In this document: piece after piece, positions 33,651 through 55,247 of the stretch | How the letters are laid out: each line of letters opens with the position of its first letter | How positions within the stretch are numbered: the stretch's first letter is position 1 | Source of the DNA: Bugula neritina | Lineage: Eukaryota; Animalia; Bryozoa | NCBI GenBank assembly: GCA_964035545.1 | Contig: OZ037771.1 | Span: 15,003,133-15,067,132, forward strand | Reading direction: 5' to 3' | Length of the DNA stretch: 64,000 nt | Position numbers and translations under genes: made by a program | The notes under the pieces: model-generated | The model's database searches: none | The model's input: only the letters and a program-made list of their open reading frames with translations | What the model was told of the DNA's origin: nothing

Positions 33651-36600
33651 ACTGCAGAAATAACGGCACTAAGATAAACTGCAGATGAATGGAAACATCC
33701 TAATAATTCTTATATCTTTCATGTTGCATACAATAACTGCTTATATGCCTTAATATTGTTACAACTTCTACTAAAACAAACTGCCAATTCTATTTAGATG
33801 ATTTGCATGAAGTCAAACTTATAAATTTTTTGCTCTCCTTGTCTATGTTACTTCATGTATTTAATAATGGTAATTATTGCAATTTATCTGTCAATAATAT
33901 ATAATAATTATGGACATTATATTGGTGAATTTTGTATTTTTATGCTTTATAGCTGCTGAGTTGTCTAATAATCATAATGATAGATGTTGCAATAAATAGC
34001 TATTGACAAACATCCTAAATACTGCATGCCTGTGTTATCATTGCTTAATATATAGTAATTATATATATAATATTATGCAGCATCTTTTGCTATTGTGGTG
34101 TATTTTGTAACCTAACATGTTAGTATTATAACATTTATTTTTATAAACATACAGCGAGTATACAATATTTTGTTTAAAGAAAATGTTTTCATAAGTAGCC
34201 CTATTATATACTTTTGACATACTCTGTTTTTAAGATATGGTTTAAGACGTGCATCTTACTACTATATACAATTGCAGCAGCAGCAAAAAACATGATATTG
34301 TATAATCAAAATGCAGCAGTTTGTTCTTTTGATGCCCCTTTGCTTTGCTGTTAAATTGAAGGATGGAGTAAAGAAGAGCACTAATAAAACTATTCATTGC
34401 ATACATAATCATTGAATGTTATAGAAGCAGTTGGTATTATTTTTTAGAAAACAAGGAATATTAGAAGTAGGTATACCAAAAGCCATGCATAGCCTAATAG
34501 CAATAATATAATGTATCAATTTAAGTAATCAGTAGGCCGGGGTATTGCAATTTATGTCAAGTTGTTTCCTCTATGTTACGTACAATTTCGATAGTCTCAG
34601 AGTGAAATAGTTTTCAACGTAGCGTGCGGGTTTCACTTGATTTGACCTCAAATTTTCTAAACGACAACGGATTTGCTGCTAACTTGACAACAGAAGTTAT
34701 ACATTTTACTATTTCAATATTCGTAAACAAATAAAATACAGGTTGACAACAAACTGTCACTTGCACTGAAATGTAATAATTATTATGTATAATATGATTA
34801 TAGCGTAATTATACTGTAGGTTTTTTATATTTATTGGTGACCTGATTGACAATAACTTGTTGTTTTTAGTTCTAATAAACTAAACTTTAAGATTTTGAGT
34901 TTGACGTTGAGGTTCCGGCGTAAGGCCAAGGGCCAAGGCACAATCACATTGACAATCACAATGAGTATGACTATGATTATGACAATCAGTATGCGTGTCA
35001 CTATCAGTATCGGAAAATGGCAATCACTATCAGTGATCACAATGCCATCGTCATAGTAAAAATCAAATCGACTGTATAAATCAATTCCCATAACAATATG
35101 AATTGCAATTCATAGTGATAGTGAGTTAGAGTGTAACACTCATAATCATATTGACACTGAATCCGATTAGTTATACAGTCATGATTAACGATTAACATTT
35201 ATAATTTTGACCAAGAGTAAGTTATTTAACTAATATTTTACTTCAACTGTAATTGTTAAACTTAAAGCAAAGCTCCTGTTGTTGTCGGTTAGAATGTCAA
35301 CTAAACTCAAAGTGGTTGTTGTACTTATTGTAATCCAATTCGCCTTTAGACGAAATTCTTAAAGAAAAACATGCAGCCTAAAATAATTGCATTTCATTTT
35401 AATTTTGGTTAAAGATAAGCTATCTTTAGCGAAAAAATTCCAACTAATCATAATCATAATGATATAATACTTCTATTAGGTATCAGTATGAGTATCAATC
35501 ATTATCAGTAGGCCTATAAATATTTGCTGAAATGATAGTAACTTTCATCTTAGTAAAACATATGGGTAATTTATATTAGCAAAATTACCTTTCCACTTAT
35601 AGCAGTATTTTTCTTTTAGTTTTCCTTCTTTGACTGAAGTTTCTATTTTTAATAATTTTAGACAAGTTGAAGGTTAAGAGAAGTGACAGTAGGGTGTATG
35701 TAAAATGTATAGTTTCACAACAAAATTCAGTGAAAGTTTTTTAGAGTAAATAAGGAACCGGTATGTGTGCACACAGTACTTATATAGGGAAATTTTTTGC
35801 TTTAAGCTAAATTCAATAAAACAGGATTGAATGTAAGTACTAAAATAAGTAAATAGTATAGACTGAAACTGATATGTCAAGTCTCAATCACAGGGAAATT
35901 ATTTGATCATCAATATGTCTTTATAAATGGTTCTAAGTGTTTAATAGAAATTGTTACATGCATTTCTCAGCTCAAATAAAAATTGTGTTTAGTTTTGGTG
36001 AGTCTTTTTGAAAATAATTATTAGGTCTGTTAATTATATCAAAGCAAGATTAAAAACAGGTGCTGTAACTGTGTTTGATGATCATTTAGTTACAATAGGC
36101 TTTAAGTCTTGCTAACAGAGTTGAAATTGTTATATTTGATTGCCGAAATTAAACACTATTGAATCATAATGGTTTGTCAAATATATGTGAACATTTGCAA
36201 TCGTGCTAAAGATAAATTTAAGTTTCATCAAGTCCAATAGCTGAAGATATCAACTTAAGTCAACAAGAACTTGAGTCAATATGACTTGGACCCAGTTCTG
36301 AGTATATATAAGTTATTTAATTGAAATACTAGCAGTGATGATAGATATGACATTATGTTGTTCTGAATGCCTTTAATAATCATGCCAACATTTAAACCTT
36401 GTAATAAAAAGTTATTATAGTATGAATTTTTTATATTCCTATAGAATGGTTAGTTTTAATTTTACATAATTAAAATATAAGATTTAGAATGTTTTCATTT
36501 CAAGGAAGGTAAATGCAAATGTGGCTGTTACTTCTAGCTACAAACTATAAAATTAAATTAAGTTGCAACAATTAGGCTCCCATCAAAATAAGGATACTGA

Positions 36601-37072
36601 TATATGCATATAGACACCATGTTTTGCTATCACAGGCATTGATGATTTTACTATGCGTAACTGTATTGGTTGTATATATATTTTTTTTTGATAAGTAATA
36701 AGCAATTATGTTATTAGTTGTGTCATAATTAGAACTAGCACTAGCAGTGACAGCCTGTTGAAACTCTCCAAAAGTGTGGTGTTTAACTTATGCTATTTTG
36801 TTGTTCGTTTTGGCTCATGAGTGACCATTTTCTGTGTCACCATTATTTATATCAATTAAAATTTTTTGGACATTCACAACTTATTTATAGACACATGAAT
36901 TTTGTTGTTTTCTTAATCGCTATGGAAACAGTTTACGACATTTTTTACACAATTAATAATTTTTTTTTACTATAGTATCAAGCTTAACGGCCTATATAGA
37001 TCTTAGCCTCTGCCCTCATTTAATTTTGTCAGTCACATATTCTCTGAAGTGTAAAGTTTGTTGACTGATTGC

Positions 37073-37410
37073 TAAGCCTAGGGCCACACTGTAGTATTGT
37101 CCATGCGAAAATTTAAACCACGAGTAGCGAAAGTGTCCACTGTACGCGTTGAGAAAACATTCCCACTTGTCGCTCAGCATTCTCAGCGCAAGTGCGAATT
37201 GTCTCTGTCGTCGTCACCTAATTGGCTGGTAGTTATTCAGCGAGCCCAATTTATTCATTTTAGTGTTACATTCCAGTGAATTGCGTTTTATTGAAAGCGA
37301 GTGCGATTTAAAAATGAAAGCTTTATTTATCGCATCACTGACGCTACAGTAGACACCTTTGCTACTTGTGGTTTCAATTTTCGCATGCGCACAGTGTGGC
37401 CCTAGGCTTA
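37073..37410. mobile_element. MITE (~338 bp) with long TIRs and TA at both ends
   Basis: Perfect 20-bp termini TAAGCCTAGGGCCACACTGT / ACAGTGTGGCCCTAGGCTTA, extended by ~43 bp of imperfect inverted repeat (catgcgaaaatt(t/g)aaaccac...ctgta). Confidence 0.88.
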
Positions 37411-37729
37411 CTGTGACTAGTGTTTACTTGGTAAACAACTCTAGCAAACAATGCAATGTGACACTAGTATTTGCTCTCATAGATTGCATAAGCTAATAGG
37501 GCTACTAGGACTGTCAACTGCAATTCAATCATTTATATTGATTAATCTGCCGGTCAGGAGATGTAAAGCCTGTATATATATATTCACTCGTTTAGCTATA
37601 TTACAATGTACTATATTATAGCTACCCTGAATTATACTATGATGAACTACTTATTTTATGCAATATATTATAATTTACTGTAAATTATATTATGATATAC
37701 CGTACTGCATTCTTCTAATATTATAATAT

Positions 37730-37941
37730 AGAAAAACTCCTGAACGTTTGTAGTCGCTATCCCTGTGAGAAACCCCTGATAGAAAGGGTTTTTGTTAAAG
37801 CGGGCTAAGGACTTATTTAAATGAGGCACAGGAGCAATTATGACTGGATGCCCTTCTTAATATCACCAATGGCCTTTGTTCGAACCCATAACTACTTGCT
37901 TACTAAGAAAACACTCTAACCCCCTAGACCACAGCTGCTCC
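37730..37941 (-). mobile_element. SINE family A, apparently full-length, with 18-bp TSD
   Basis: The minus strand begins ggagcagcTGTGGTCTAGGGGttagag...GGGTTCGAAC (A/B boxes), then the family body. The direct repeat cttctaatattataatat lies at 37712-37729 and 37942-37959. Confidence 0.88.
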
Positions 37942-38551
37942 CTTCTAATATTATAATATGCTATGAGTTATACTATAATATGATATGTATTATATTATAA
38001 TATAAATTACTATGAATTATATATTAGAGTATGGTGTGTATTATATTATAGTATAATATGAGTTATACTGCAATATACTATGTGCTATATTGTAGAATTT
38101 AGTATATATATTGTATATATATGTATTATAAATTGCTATTAAAATATTACTAGTTGTTATATTTCATATAACACTATACTACTATAGATTATATTGCAAA
38201 TAACTAGTAATATATCACCACAAACTATAGCCTATATATTACTGCATACCATATATTATATGACTGCCTGACACGCATAGGGTCACAGTGCATTTCATCA
38301 CACACCCCACATACTGTGTATTTAATCCAACACTTAACTGCCACGCTGTAGCATTCATGTGATGCCATGAATCATATCAATGGCACGTATGTATTGCATC
38401 ATTCAACTAGTATACATAAAACAAGGCACCTGCAGTGTGCATTCACATGTCATAAACACTGCAGTACGTACACTCTAGTATCTACACTGCAGGATCTACG
38501 CTTCTATTATTAGATATACAACTGAAGCCTCGGAATATTTACGGACTCAGG

Positions 38552-41500
38552 ATGTTGCTTTTGGGGTTTGAAGTGCCACTGTGGATAATTTTGACTGGCG
38601 CATCCGCTCTGCTGGTTTACCTGTAAGTGTTTAGATTAGCCAAAGCTGTCTTGGTGTATATATGTGCTTGCTAGGTAAGCGTATGTGTAAGTCATGTGTA
38701 GATACAATGTACGTTAGCATACATATAAGGTAAGTTTAAGTGAAAGTTACATTGTATGGCAAGTACATATGTTAAGTGTCCGTATGTTGCTATGCCATGT
38801 AAGTTAAGTGTACATGTAAGGTACTGCTACTCTCTGCATAAAATAAAGTAAACTTGGTTCAGGTCTTTCATGTTAAGTAAAATTTATACTCCGAGCTGAT
38901 GTGGAAACAAGAACCTGTACTAATGAATAAGTCCGCCACTCGTAAAAAATTTTGTACTGTGATAACTTAATCGGCCAATTTGAGAATAGGAGTAATAACT
39001 CCTTGTAAACATCGTTATTTAGTTATTACTTTGGCGATTAGACAACGTACTTATACGGTTATAATTATATAGCCTATGCCTTCTCAATTATCGCTTTTAT
39101 GCTGTCCGCTTCACTAATTCACGACGTTTACAAAGGGCATCAAATAGCTATTATGCGAGTTAAATTTCAATTTCAGAAAGTGAGCAACCGCATCAATATG
39201 ATTTCAACGAGTTTCAGTTTGACTATAAAGGGGTACCCAAACAAGCATTATTAACTTAAACTCGGTACTTTTTTCAGCAGAAGTATAAATGCAACTTTAG
39301 ACTTGAGATGAATAATTTACAGCATTTAACACTTGTCTTCAGTATGTCTAAATGATTGCGCTGCTAGTAAACATATATTTGTTTGTAATCTGATGGTCTC
39401 GATATTAGCAACCAAAGCCTGGGCCTTCTGGTAGAAATACATATAAATATTTGGTTAAAACTGCTTTTACTGTGTGACTTTGTAAAGCTTGTTGTCTCTT
39501 GCAGTTATGGCACAAGGAATTATGGCCACTTCAACAAGTCCAAGCTGCCCGGACCAAAGGTCTGGCCCCTGATTGGGACAGCTGCTGAGCTGTATGGAGA
39601 CGTAAGTGTAAACTAGTCTTAATAACTTACTGCAGTGCCGTTATGTTGGACAGTCATAGCTGTGTTTATCTGTATTTAATCTTTAGAATCCGAAGCATTA
39701 TCAATAGCTATAGCAAATATTCTCTCTAACCTGCATATATGGTGTTTTGTGCGCCCTTTGAGCTTGAAGAAAATATATAGGGCAAAAAATCTTTATCATG
39801 GCTTGTGTGTATTATACAGCAACTAGTATGTATTATACAGTAACTAGTATGTATTATACAGTAACTAGTATGTATTATACAGTAACTAGTATGTATTATA
39901 CAGTAACTGGTATGTATTATACAGTAACTAGTATGTATTATACAGTGACTGGTATGTATTATACAGTAACTAGTATGTATTATACAGTAACTGGTATGTA
40001 TTATACAGTAACTAGTATATATTACACAGTAACTAGTATGTATTATACAGTAACTAGTATGCATTATACAGTAACTAGTATGTATTATACAGTAACTAGT
40101 ATGTATTATACAGTGACTGGTATGTACTATACGGTAACTAGTATGTATTATACAGTAACTGGTATGTATTATACAGTAACTAGTATGTATTATACAGTAA
40201 CTAGTATATATTACACAGTAACTAGTATGTATTATACAGTAACTAGTATGCATTATACAGTAACTAGTATGTATTATACAGTAACTAGTATGTATTATAC
40301 AGTAACTAGTATGTATTATACAGTGACTGGTATGTACTATACGGTAACTAGTATGTATTATACAGTAACTAGTATATATTACACAGTAACTAGTATGTAT
40401 TATACAGTAACTAGTATATATTACACAGTAACTAGTATGTATTATACAGTAACTAGTATGCATTATACAGTAACTAGTATGTATTATACAGTAACTAGTA
40501 TGTATTATACAGTAATTAGTATGTATTGTACAGTAACTGATACAGATAGCCTAAGTACCTACTCTCCACATAACCTCTACAATGTGGGAATATTATTGCA
40601 GAGTATAATGGCCACAGATCTTAAGCTACGCAAGAAGTACGGGAAGTTTATTAAGTAAGTACATCATACGAAGATATCAGCTGATTTCACGTGTGAATTT
40701 TATTTCACAGCTTTTAAAACTGCTATAGTGAAGAGAATATAAAGATTGACCTTGACATTTATAGTATCTCTCCCAGTAGTTGATTCTTTGCTTGGCTTTT
40801 GAATGAATTTTTTTTTAATGAAACTTTTATAAAATGCAATCGTTTTTAATGTATTTATTTGGGATTGGGATTTGCGACAAGAATATATTGTTTTATAGAT
40901 TAGAGTTATGGCTGTGTTATTGCATATATCTAACATACTTTAAACAGTGTAACACGAAAATGTATTTCTATTATATTAGCTAATGAGCTCGCTGGTTGAT
41001 TTTAGAACGTTTGAAGGTTCGACACCCGTGATGCTGGTGTACGACGCCGAGTGGCTCAAAGAGGCGTATGTGAAGAACTTTTCTCTCTTTACTAATCGCA
41101 GACGACTTCTGTTTGGCGGCGCGCTGGACCAGGGTCTGTTTTCTATGGAGGGGGAGCACTGGAGGCACTCTCGTAAGATGTTGTCTTCTGAGTTCTCTTC
41201 TGGGAAACTCAAGAAGGTGCGTTAATCACGGCTAGCAGTGACTTGGACTCTAATTGTGTACTCTGACTGTTTACTTTCACTGTCTACTCTAACTGTCTAC
41301 TCTAACTGTGTGCTATAACTCTCTACTCTACCTCTCTACTCTACCTATCTACTCTAACTGTGTACTCTAACTATGTACTCTAAAGTTCTAAGCTCAAGGT
41401 CATAGTCACCAGTCACTTGGACTCTAATCATTTAATCTAACTGTGCACCTTCACACTCTACTCAAATTCTCTATTCTAACTCGCTAAGTTCTAACTGTGT

Positions 41501-44500
41501 ACTCATGAGTTTCTGCAATGTGAATAGTAAATAATGGAGTTGCTGTGATTGTTATAGTGACTGTAGTACAGAGTTTGTGCTTTTATCTGCATCTCCTTCC
41601 TAAATCTCTGCTGCTCTTCTGTAGATGATGCCGGAGATACAGAAATGTATTCAGCATTTCGTCCAAATTCTGGAGGATTCAGATGAGCAGCCCGTTGACA
41701 TCAGAACGTACGTGTTTAACTATTACTAGTAGTACTAGTAGTACTAGTAGTACTAGTAGTACTACTAGTAGTACTACTAGTACTAGTAGTACTACTAGTA
41801 CTAGTAGTACTACTAGTAGTACTAGTAGCAGTACTACTACTAGTACTAGTATTACTACTACTGCTACTACTGCTACTACTACTACTACTGCTACTGCTAC
41901 TACTACTACTGCTACTACTACTACTACTGTTACTACTGCTACTACTACTAATACTGTTACTACTGCTACTACTGCTACTACTGCTACTACTACTACTGTT
42001 ACTACTGCTACTACTGCTACTACTGCTACTACTGCTACTACTGCTACCACTGCTACTACTGCTACTGCTACTACTACTACTACTAGTACTACTACTACTG
42101 CTACTACTACTGCTACTACTACTACTGTTACTACTGCTACAACTAAGTTTGCGGTTATTCCAGGAGATGCTATGCGCTGACCCTGGATCTCATCTCCCAC
42201 ACTGCCTTCGGTCTAGACAGCGATGCGCAGACCAACGAGGACAGTCAGTTCACCAAGAACGCTCTGCGACTCATCAGCTTTGGGGAGGCGGAGCAGCCCT
42301 TGAAGGAGAAGATCCGCAGCACTGTGGCTATCTTTGTTGTGTGTGAGTTGAGTTTTAGATTTCCTCACAATGTTCCAGTTGGTTGATTCGCCAGATATGC
42401 GATCCCGCAGTCAAGACTTTGTGCTAATAGTAGCTGAGACTGATGCTTTACTAAAGTATTGAGTCCACTTACTACTTTTTTGTCACATGCTGCTAAATAT
42501 CCTGATGTTTCGTGTGATTTTCACAGCTGATTGGTGCTTAGGTTGATACAGTTAATAAGATAGTAATAGCTGTGATGCGGTGTCTTTAAATTGCAACAAG
42601 CTGCTGTTTATTCTGGTGGCATCACTTCTCAACGTTTAATCTTGTACTGTTGTGTCATAGCATGCTCCTGCGTAGACTCTGATAGTTCAATTGAGAAAGT
42701 AAAACTGTTCTTTGCTCTACAATCTAGTACTACTTGATGTGGCCAAACCGTGTGAACTTGAATGCTAAATGGGTTTCAAATTTTATATCAAAATGGATTT
42801 CCTGTTTCTTGCCAGTGTTGGCTCCTGATTGGTTGGTGAAGCTGTTTGCCAAATTCAGTATCACGGTATTCGATGCCGGAGCTATAAACTACTTCGAGGA
42901 GCTCTGCCAGTCGGTGATTGAGAGCAGGAAGAATGACAACCCAGGAGCTGACTTTGTGCAGACGTTAGTTAACAGCATGAAGGAGACCTCCAAAGGGGAC
43001 CCCGATACGCTGGTTGATACCTTAGGCTATAACTGGACTAAGAAAGGTTCGTAGCTGGCGTTTAAGGAGTTTAAAACTAAACTTTAGTGGAATAATGTTT
43101 TATGCTCAATAAATACTGTGTGAGTTTACGGGTGGGTGAATTAATTAGACTTTTCACATGATATTTATCTGTAATCCTCATAAATAAAACGTATTCACAT
43201 GTAGGAATTGTATATTGAGTATACATACATAGCTCTTGTATGTCTTTCAACACGTAGCAGTAATAAAGAGAAAAGTTTAAAGCACAAATATTTCTTCATG
43301 TTGTGATAAAGTCTGTATGTTTTAGGATTGACAAAGACTGAGATCATAGGCAATGCCCTATTGTTTTTGTTTGCGGGGTTTCAGACCACCGCTGATACTA
43401 TGCTATTTATCTTCTATGAACTAGCCCAGTACCCTGAAATTCAGGAAAAGGTACCGTCGTATTCACCTACACATTACCCGGCTTGTTTCATTAATTTATC
43501 TTTTTATCAACTTCAAAGAGAAGACAACTCTATATGCTGTCTGATGCGTTTGATAGTGCTAATATAAGTTAATGATTTATGTTGAATGATCCTAGCCCTA
43601 TTTGATAAAATTTACTCTTGGTATAACAATATCTTTTTGTCTTGGTTAAATTTGTTTCAATAGTCACAGTTGGCAAGCTGTATGCATTTATATAAATACA
43701 GATATATTTTTTATTTGGTTACTATTTGCTTGGGAAGTTGCATACCCTTACTTATATGTATAAGCAAGGGTATATAACTTAGCAATTGCTGGTAAAAAGA
43801 ATAATTTTCAAATTAAAACCATGTTGATGTTTGTATAGCGTTCACTCTGGAAACAAACGCATTCTTTTCTTATAAATTGAATAAATTGACTCTGAGGATG
43901 CAAAATCTATCATGGAAAAACTGATATTTAAGTTATAATTGTTACCACCAACACCTCTTACTGTAGGAACTATTAGCTTCAGACGAAAATTTTAGTTTTC
44001 CTGTTGCAGTTTACATTTTGATGATAAGAAAATTGCAGACGTGTAAAAGTGGAGGTTTGTTAGCATGGTCATGTCTTTTATTCTAGGTATAAAATTGAGA
44101 GTATATTATCTTAATCTTTTTGTCTTCTCTTCCAGTTGTATGTGGAGATAACTGAGATATGTGACAGTGATGAAGTAACACCGGAGCAAGTTAATCAACT
44201 CAAACTACTAGAATACTGCATCAATGAGACAATGAGGCTGTACCCGCAGGCATTCAGGTATATATATTCAAACTCTATCAATTTCCTACTTTCATTGTCA
44301 ACATGGCTCCATTATTTTCATTTAAAAATCTTTTAACTACGCCCGTTATCAAGCTAATTTGATATAAGAACTCATTTAAGAGTTTTCCTTGTGTTTTACC
44401 AACACGCTGAGCAGTTTATGCACCTTGTCAATGGTCATCACTCAGTGGCTGTACTGTATTTGTATTCCATGATTACTAGTATCCGTGAGAGAGTAATAAA

Positions 44501-46036
44501 TAGATTACAGCTTCACCTATTTTATTACGACCCATAATTTTGCTGTTTAGACATTAAACTTAGCAGCAGCTAATGTTTCACTTGCTTTTCCACTCTTCAG
44601 TTTTCAGGATTTCACAGATTTTGTTAGCTCTGTAATCTTTGGGGGAGGGGGTGTAGTAATCTGAGGTTTGAGGGGTGTAGCTGCCAGGAGTATAGCAATC
44701 AGGGATGTAACATCCGAAGGGGTGTAGTGATCAAGGGTTTAGCAATCTGGGAGTTCAGCAATAAGTGGTGTGAGGAGGGGTGTAGCAGCAAGAGGGGTGT
44801 AGTAAATAGGAGTGTAGGAGCAAGGGGGGTGTAGCAGCAAGAGGGTGTAGCAGCTAGGTAATGTTCTAATGGATATGTTTCAGGTTTGACCGTTCGGCTA
44901 GTGAAGACGTAACAATAAGAGACATCTTTGTCCCCAAAGGAACTGCAGTTACAGCCGTACCCTGGACCATCCAGAGAGATCCAGAGATCTGGGAGGACCC
45001 CGAGGAGTTTGATCCTTACAGGTAAGCTCTCTTTGACATGTCCACACAGGTGGTTACTCTGTCCTTATCATCTGCTAAAGTTTTCATTATGTCTCTACTA
45101 GCAGATAACTGATAGCTACTGGACCTGTACTGGCTTTAGGGTAGATAAGTGAATCGTATTGAAAGAAAACATGCTTTGCTTATAATGTTCAACTTATAAT
45201 ATATGGTTACATGAGCTATAATAGCACTAACAGGAAGTAGCTCGGAGAAAGGAAAGCGTATAATGTGTCCACAGAAAATATTTGTGTTGCTGTTTTGAAA
45301 TTTTGTTTCACAAATACCTTCATTTATATTTGATGCATTTTCATATAACATCTAGCTTGCCTGTTGAAGAAATTCAAAAAGCATATTATACTCTTTCATT
45401 CAGGTTCACTCCTGATCGGTTTACCGAGAAGCAAGCTACGGCATTCATGCCATTTGGACTCGGCAACAGACTGTGCATCGGGAGTCGTCTTGCCCTGATG
45501 GAGATGAAATTGAGTATCATCACAGCTTTGAGGAAGTTTGAGTTTAAAACTTGCCCCGACACGCCCGTAAGTTTTACATCTTTATGTATGCGTGTTGTCC
45601 CTTTATCACTTGGACAACTTGCCACCAGGGGGCGTACAATGTCAGACTTTCATAGGCTGCACTGCAACTGGAATTAATTGAAAAAGAGCTTTATAATGTT
45701 AAAGTAGTTATTTTAAATATTCTTTTGAAATTCATGGAGCAACACCAACATTTTCAAACCTGAATTTTAGACTATGAATGTTTGTGTATTTCTTTAGTAG
45801 CTTTGGTGTTCATACATGATGTTGTGTTTGTTTTATGGGTGGAATGATTTTAGTTACTAAATACACTTTTGTCAGAGCTATTGCTACTGTGTGTGGTTGA
45901 GGTAAACTTCATTTCACAACTTTCTATGATTTCATTTTAGAAACGACCTCTTGAGTTTGCTGCCGTACCTGCAGTCACCCCCTCAAAGAAAATCATGCTG
46001 TCTTTTGTCAAACGAGACGCTGCCACAACAGACTAG
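38552..46036 (+). CDS. Cytochrome P450, clan 3 (CYP3A-like), paralog 2, 522 aa, 12 exons
   Basis: Exons 38552-38622, 39505-39601, 40602-40654, 41006-41216, 41625-41707, 42164-42342, 42816-43046, 43326-43450, 44136-44257, 44884-45021, 45404-45566, 45941-46036. Motifs AGFQTT, ETMR, DPYRF, FGLGNRLCIG. Confidence 0.95.
39805..40538. repeat. 21-bp minisatellite (tattatacagtaactagtatg) x ~35
   Basis: CYP-2 intron 2; explains the 245-aa and 286-aa repeat ORFs. Confidence 0.97.
41720..42143. repeat. (ACT/AGT/GCT)n trinucleotide tract filling CYP-2 intron 5
   Basis: Direct reading; source of the poly-Thr and poly-Val ORFs. Confidence 0.95.
44641..44857. repeat. Degenerate G-rich tandem repeat (gggtgtagcagcaaga-like)
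   Basis: Repeated gggtgtag / agcaa motifs just upstream of CYP-2 exon 10. Confidence 0.7.
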
Positions 46037-47359
46037 AGACTTTATTCTTAGGCTGTCATTTCTGTGTTGTACTTTAGCATAGACATATTTCTCGTGGAGT
46101 TACACAAGCTTTATTTTAGAGTTTTTCTTTGTGATTTTTAGAATTATATTTAATATTTCTAGCTTATATATCCGTAATGATATTTTTTAATCTTCAGCAT
46201 CTATTTTCCAATCAGATTTCATTTCTCTAATTTTCTATCAGGATTATTTATAGAATGTTCTATAGCTGTATTTTAGTATAATTTGTATTCTTTTGGTAAT
46301 TTAACTATGTTTTTATAACTCTTGTATCATGTTTTTGATTTATCTAACATAAAATTTGAGCTTCAAATTCTTTGCACAATTGCTACCAGATGTCTTGTAC
46401 AGTAGAGTCAGTTTCCAAAGCAGAAATCTTTGGGACGATCACCCACTCTCCTTCCCATAACATGTGTACTATGGGCTAATAGACATGCTGCTGAAATGTC
46501 AGCAAAAAATTCACTAATTTTACAAAATTATGTTTAAGTATTCGCAAAAACCATTTGGAAGAAACCTCACTTTCTTATGTGCAACATTACACTTAAATAA
46601 AGCTGCCATTTTCATGTAGAGATGTGAAGAAATTAGGTAACAAGAATAAGTCTAGAAAACTTTAATTTGCTAAAGAGAAGTTGCTCTCTCCATGTTTCAA
46701 AATGCCTAACCAGCTGACTTGTGGATTATTCTAACATATAACTATGATTTTCTACTATTCAAATAAATTATGGCGTTAAATATATATAGCAATACTCTGT
46801 AACATGGCATCCATATAAACATAGCATTGTAATACCACAAGCAGTTTAAACTTGTAGAAGTTGTCTTCACTTTTTGAAAACCGAACTATAGTAATAAGTT
46901 TTGCTATAAACATGGATGGGATGTTTCACTGCAGAGGGAAATAATTTCCATGTGTAGACTATAGAGCGTAGTTTACCTTAGAGAGCATCTACCCTAAATA
47001 ATCCTGCACGAGATGGGGGAAGGGCAAGTTTTACGACTTGCCTAGTAATGGCATGCTCAAACAGTTAGGAGCAAGTTGCTGGCCAGTATGCTTATATGTG
47101 TGTATAGTAAATCACTAAAGTGGGGTTTGTCTACTGGCATATAATCTACAGATACTGCTTGGTCTATTCTATAATTACATGTTTAGCCGAATATTGGAAT
47201 TGCAGCATGCTGTGAAAAGTTCCAATATAAATTACAGCTTATTTACTGTTATTATAACTTAATATTTGGTTGTATGTAAACTCGACATTTCATTGGTCCA
47301 CCTAAAATACCTCAGAGGTCCTCCCCTTTTACAACTAAAGCTGACACTTTACTTGGATC

Positions 47360-54079
<6,720 letters not shown>

Positions 54080-54579
54080 CTTTTGAGCGGATCACAAAAT
54101 TTCATTATGTTCTGGGAGATGCTGTCGACTGCAATGCTTTGACAGCATGTTTATATATAGTCAACTGTTGATAAGAATTTGTATTGCTGAATTAAACTGT
54201 AATTATTCTCTTTGTACAGTAGAAATTTAACTTGCTCTCCAACATGCAAACTATTGCCCTAAAGACTTCTGCTTTGAAATGAGATGATCAAACCTTTATT
54301 AGCCTTCTCGCATCCAATATTTGAGAGCACAACTCCTAACCCACATCCAGTATTTGATAGCACAACTCCCAACCCACATTCAGTATTTGATAGCACAACT
54401 CCCAACTCCTGACCCACATTGAGTATTGCCTTGATTAATTCTTACCACATTATTTATTTATAGTTGCTTTTTTAAATACTTCAAAGTTGATTATTGACAG
54501 CGCAGATTAAAATATTTTAGCTGTATGATTAGTATGAACATTGATATGCAAATAGTAGCAACAAATCTGATGGTAGCTA

Positions 54580-54745
54580 ACTGACTGACTGACTGACTGA
54601 CTGACTGACTGACTGACTGGCTGACTGACTGACTGACTGACTGACTGACTGACTGACTGACTGACTGACTGACTGACTGACTGACTGACTGCCTGACTGG
54701 CTGACTGACTGGCTGACTGACTGGCTGGCTGGCTGGCTGACTGAT
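54580..54745. repeat. (CTGA)n/(CTGG)n tetranucleotide repeat between convergent CYP-3 and CYP-4
   Basis: Direct reading. Confidence 0.95.
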
Positions 54746-55247
54746 TGAACAACTGAAGTTTCAAGTGAACTAAATTATCTCACAAATTTAGAGTAACAGT
54801 TAATAGTTTAGAATTTAATGAATCAAGTTTTTGTTACAAATCACTCAATTTACTTTACTCTCTTTTGGTATCATATTTTTTGTTAGTAACAGCCAGACGT
54901 CAATATAAATGTGGTACAATTAGGAGAAATCAAAAACTGACTTCTTTTTGTACTGCAGCCAAAAGTATAACAATGATGTCTTTGGTAAATCTTGAATTCA
55001 ATAAAGTTTATTTAAAAAAGAATATCCACAATATCTTTGATGAAATTCATGCTTCATTTCAAAATATTATGCAGGTTTTCGTTTTGAAAATTATACAATG
55101 CCATTATATGCTATATTATTGGTACTTTGAAAAGTTTTCAATTGAAGAAGTTTATAAACATCTGGAAATAATCTGGAAAGTAAAAAATAAATTTTCACTA
55201 ATTATAGAGCTAAAATATATTTAGAAATTGTTACTTCAATCAGTAAC

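Noticed and set aside
34530-35530. CpG-richer stretch with 6-periodic atcagt/atcact low-complexity sequence, similar in style to 14200-14720
   Set aside because: Possibly a transposon relic, but no termini or alignable homology could be established by eye.
39726-40658. 245-aa and 286-aa ORFs (IIHTSYC / YYTVTSM repeats)
   Set aside because: Stop-free translations of a 21-bp intronic minisatellite; the CYP-2 exons flank it with canonical sizes.
41679-42200. Mucin-like poly-Thr and poly-Val ORFs
   Set aside because: Trinucleotide tract inside CYP-2 intron 5, bounded by GT (41708) and AG (42163).
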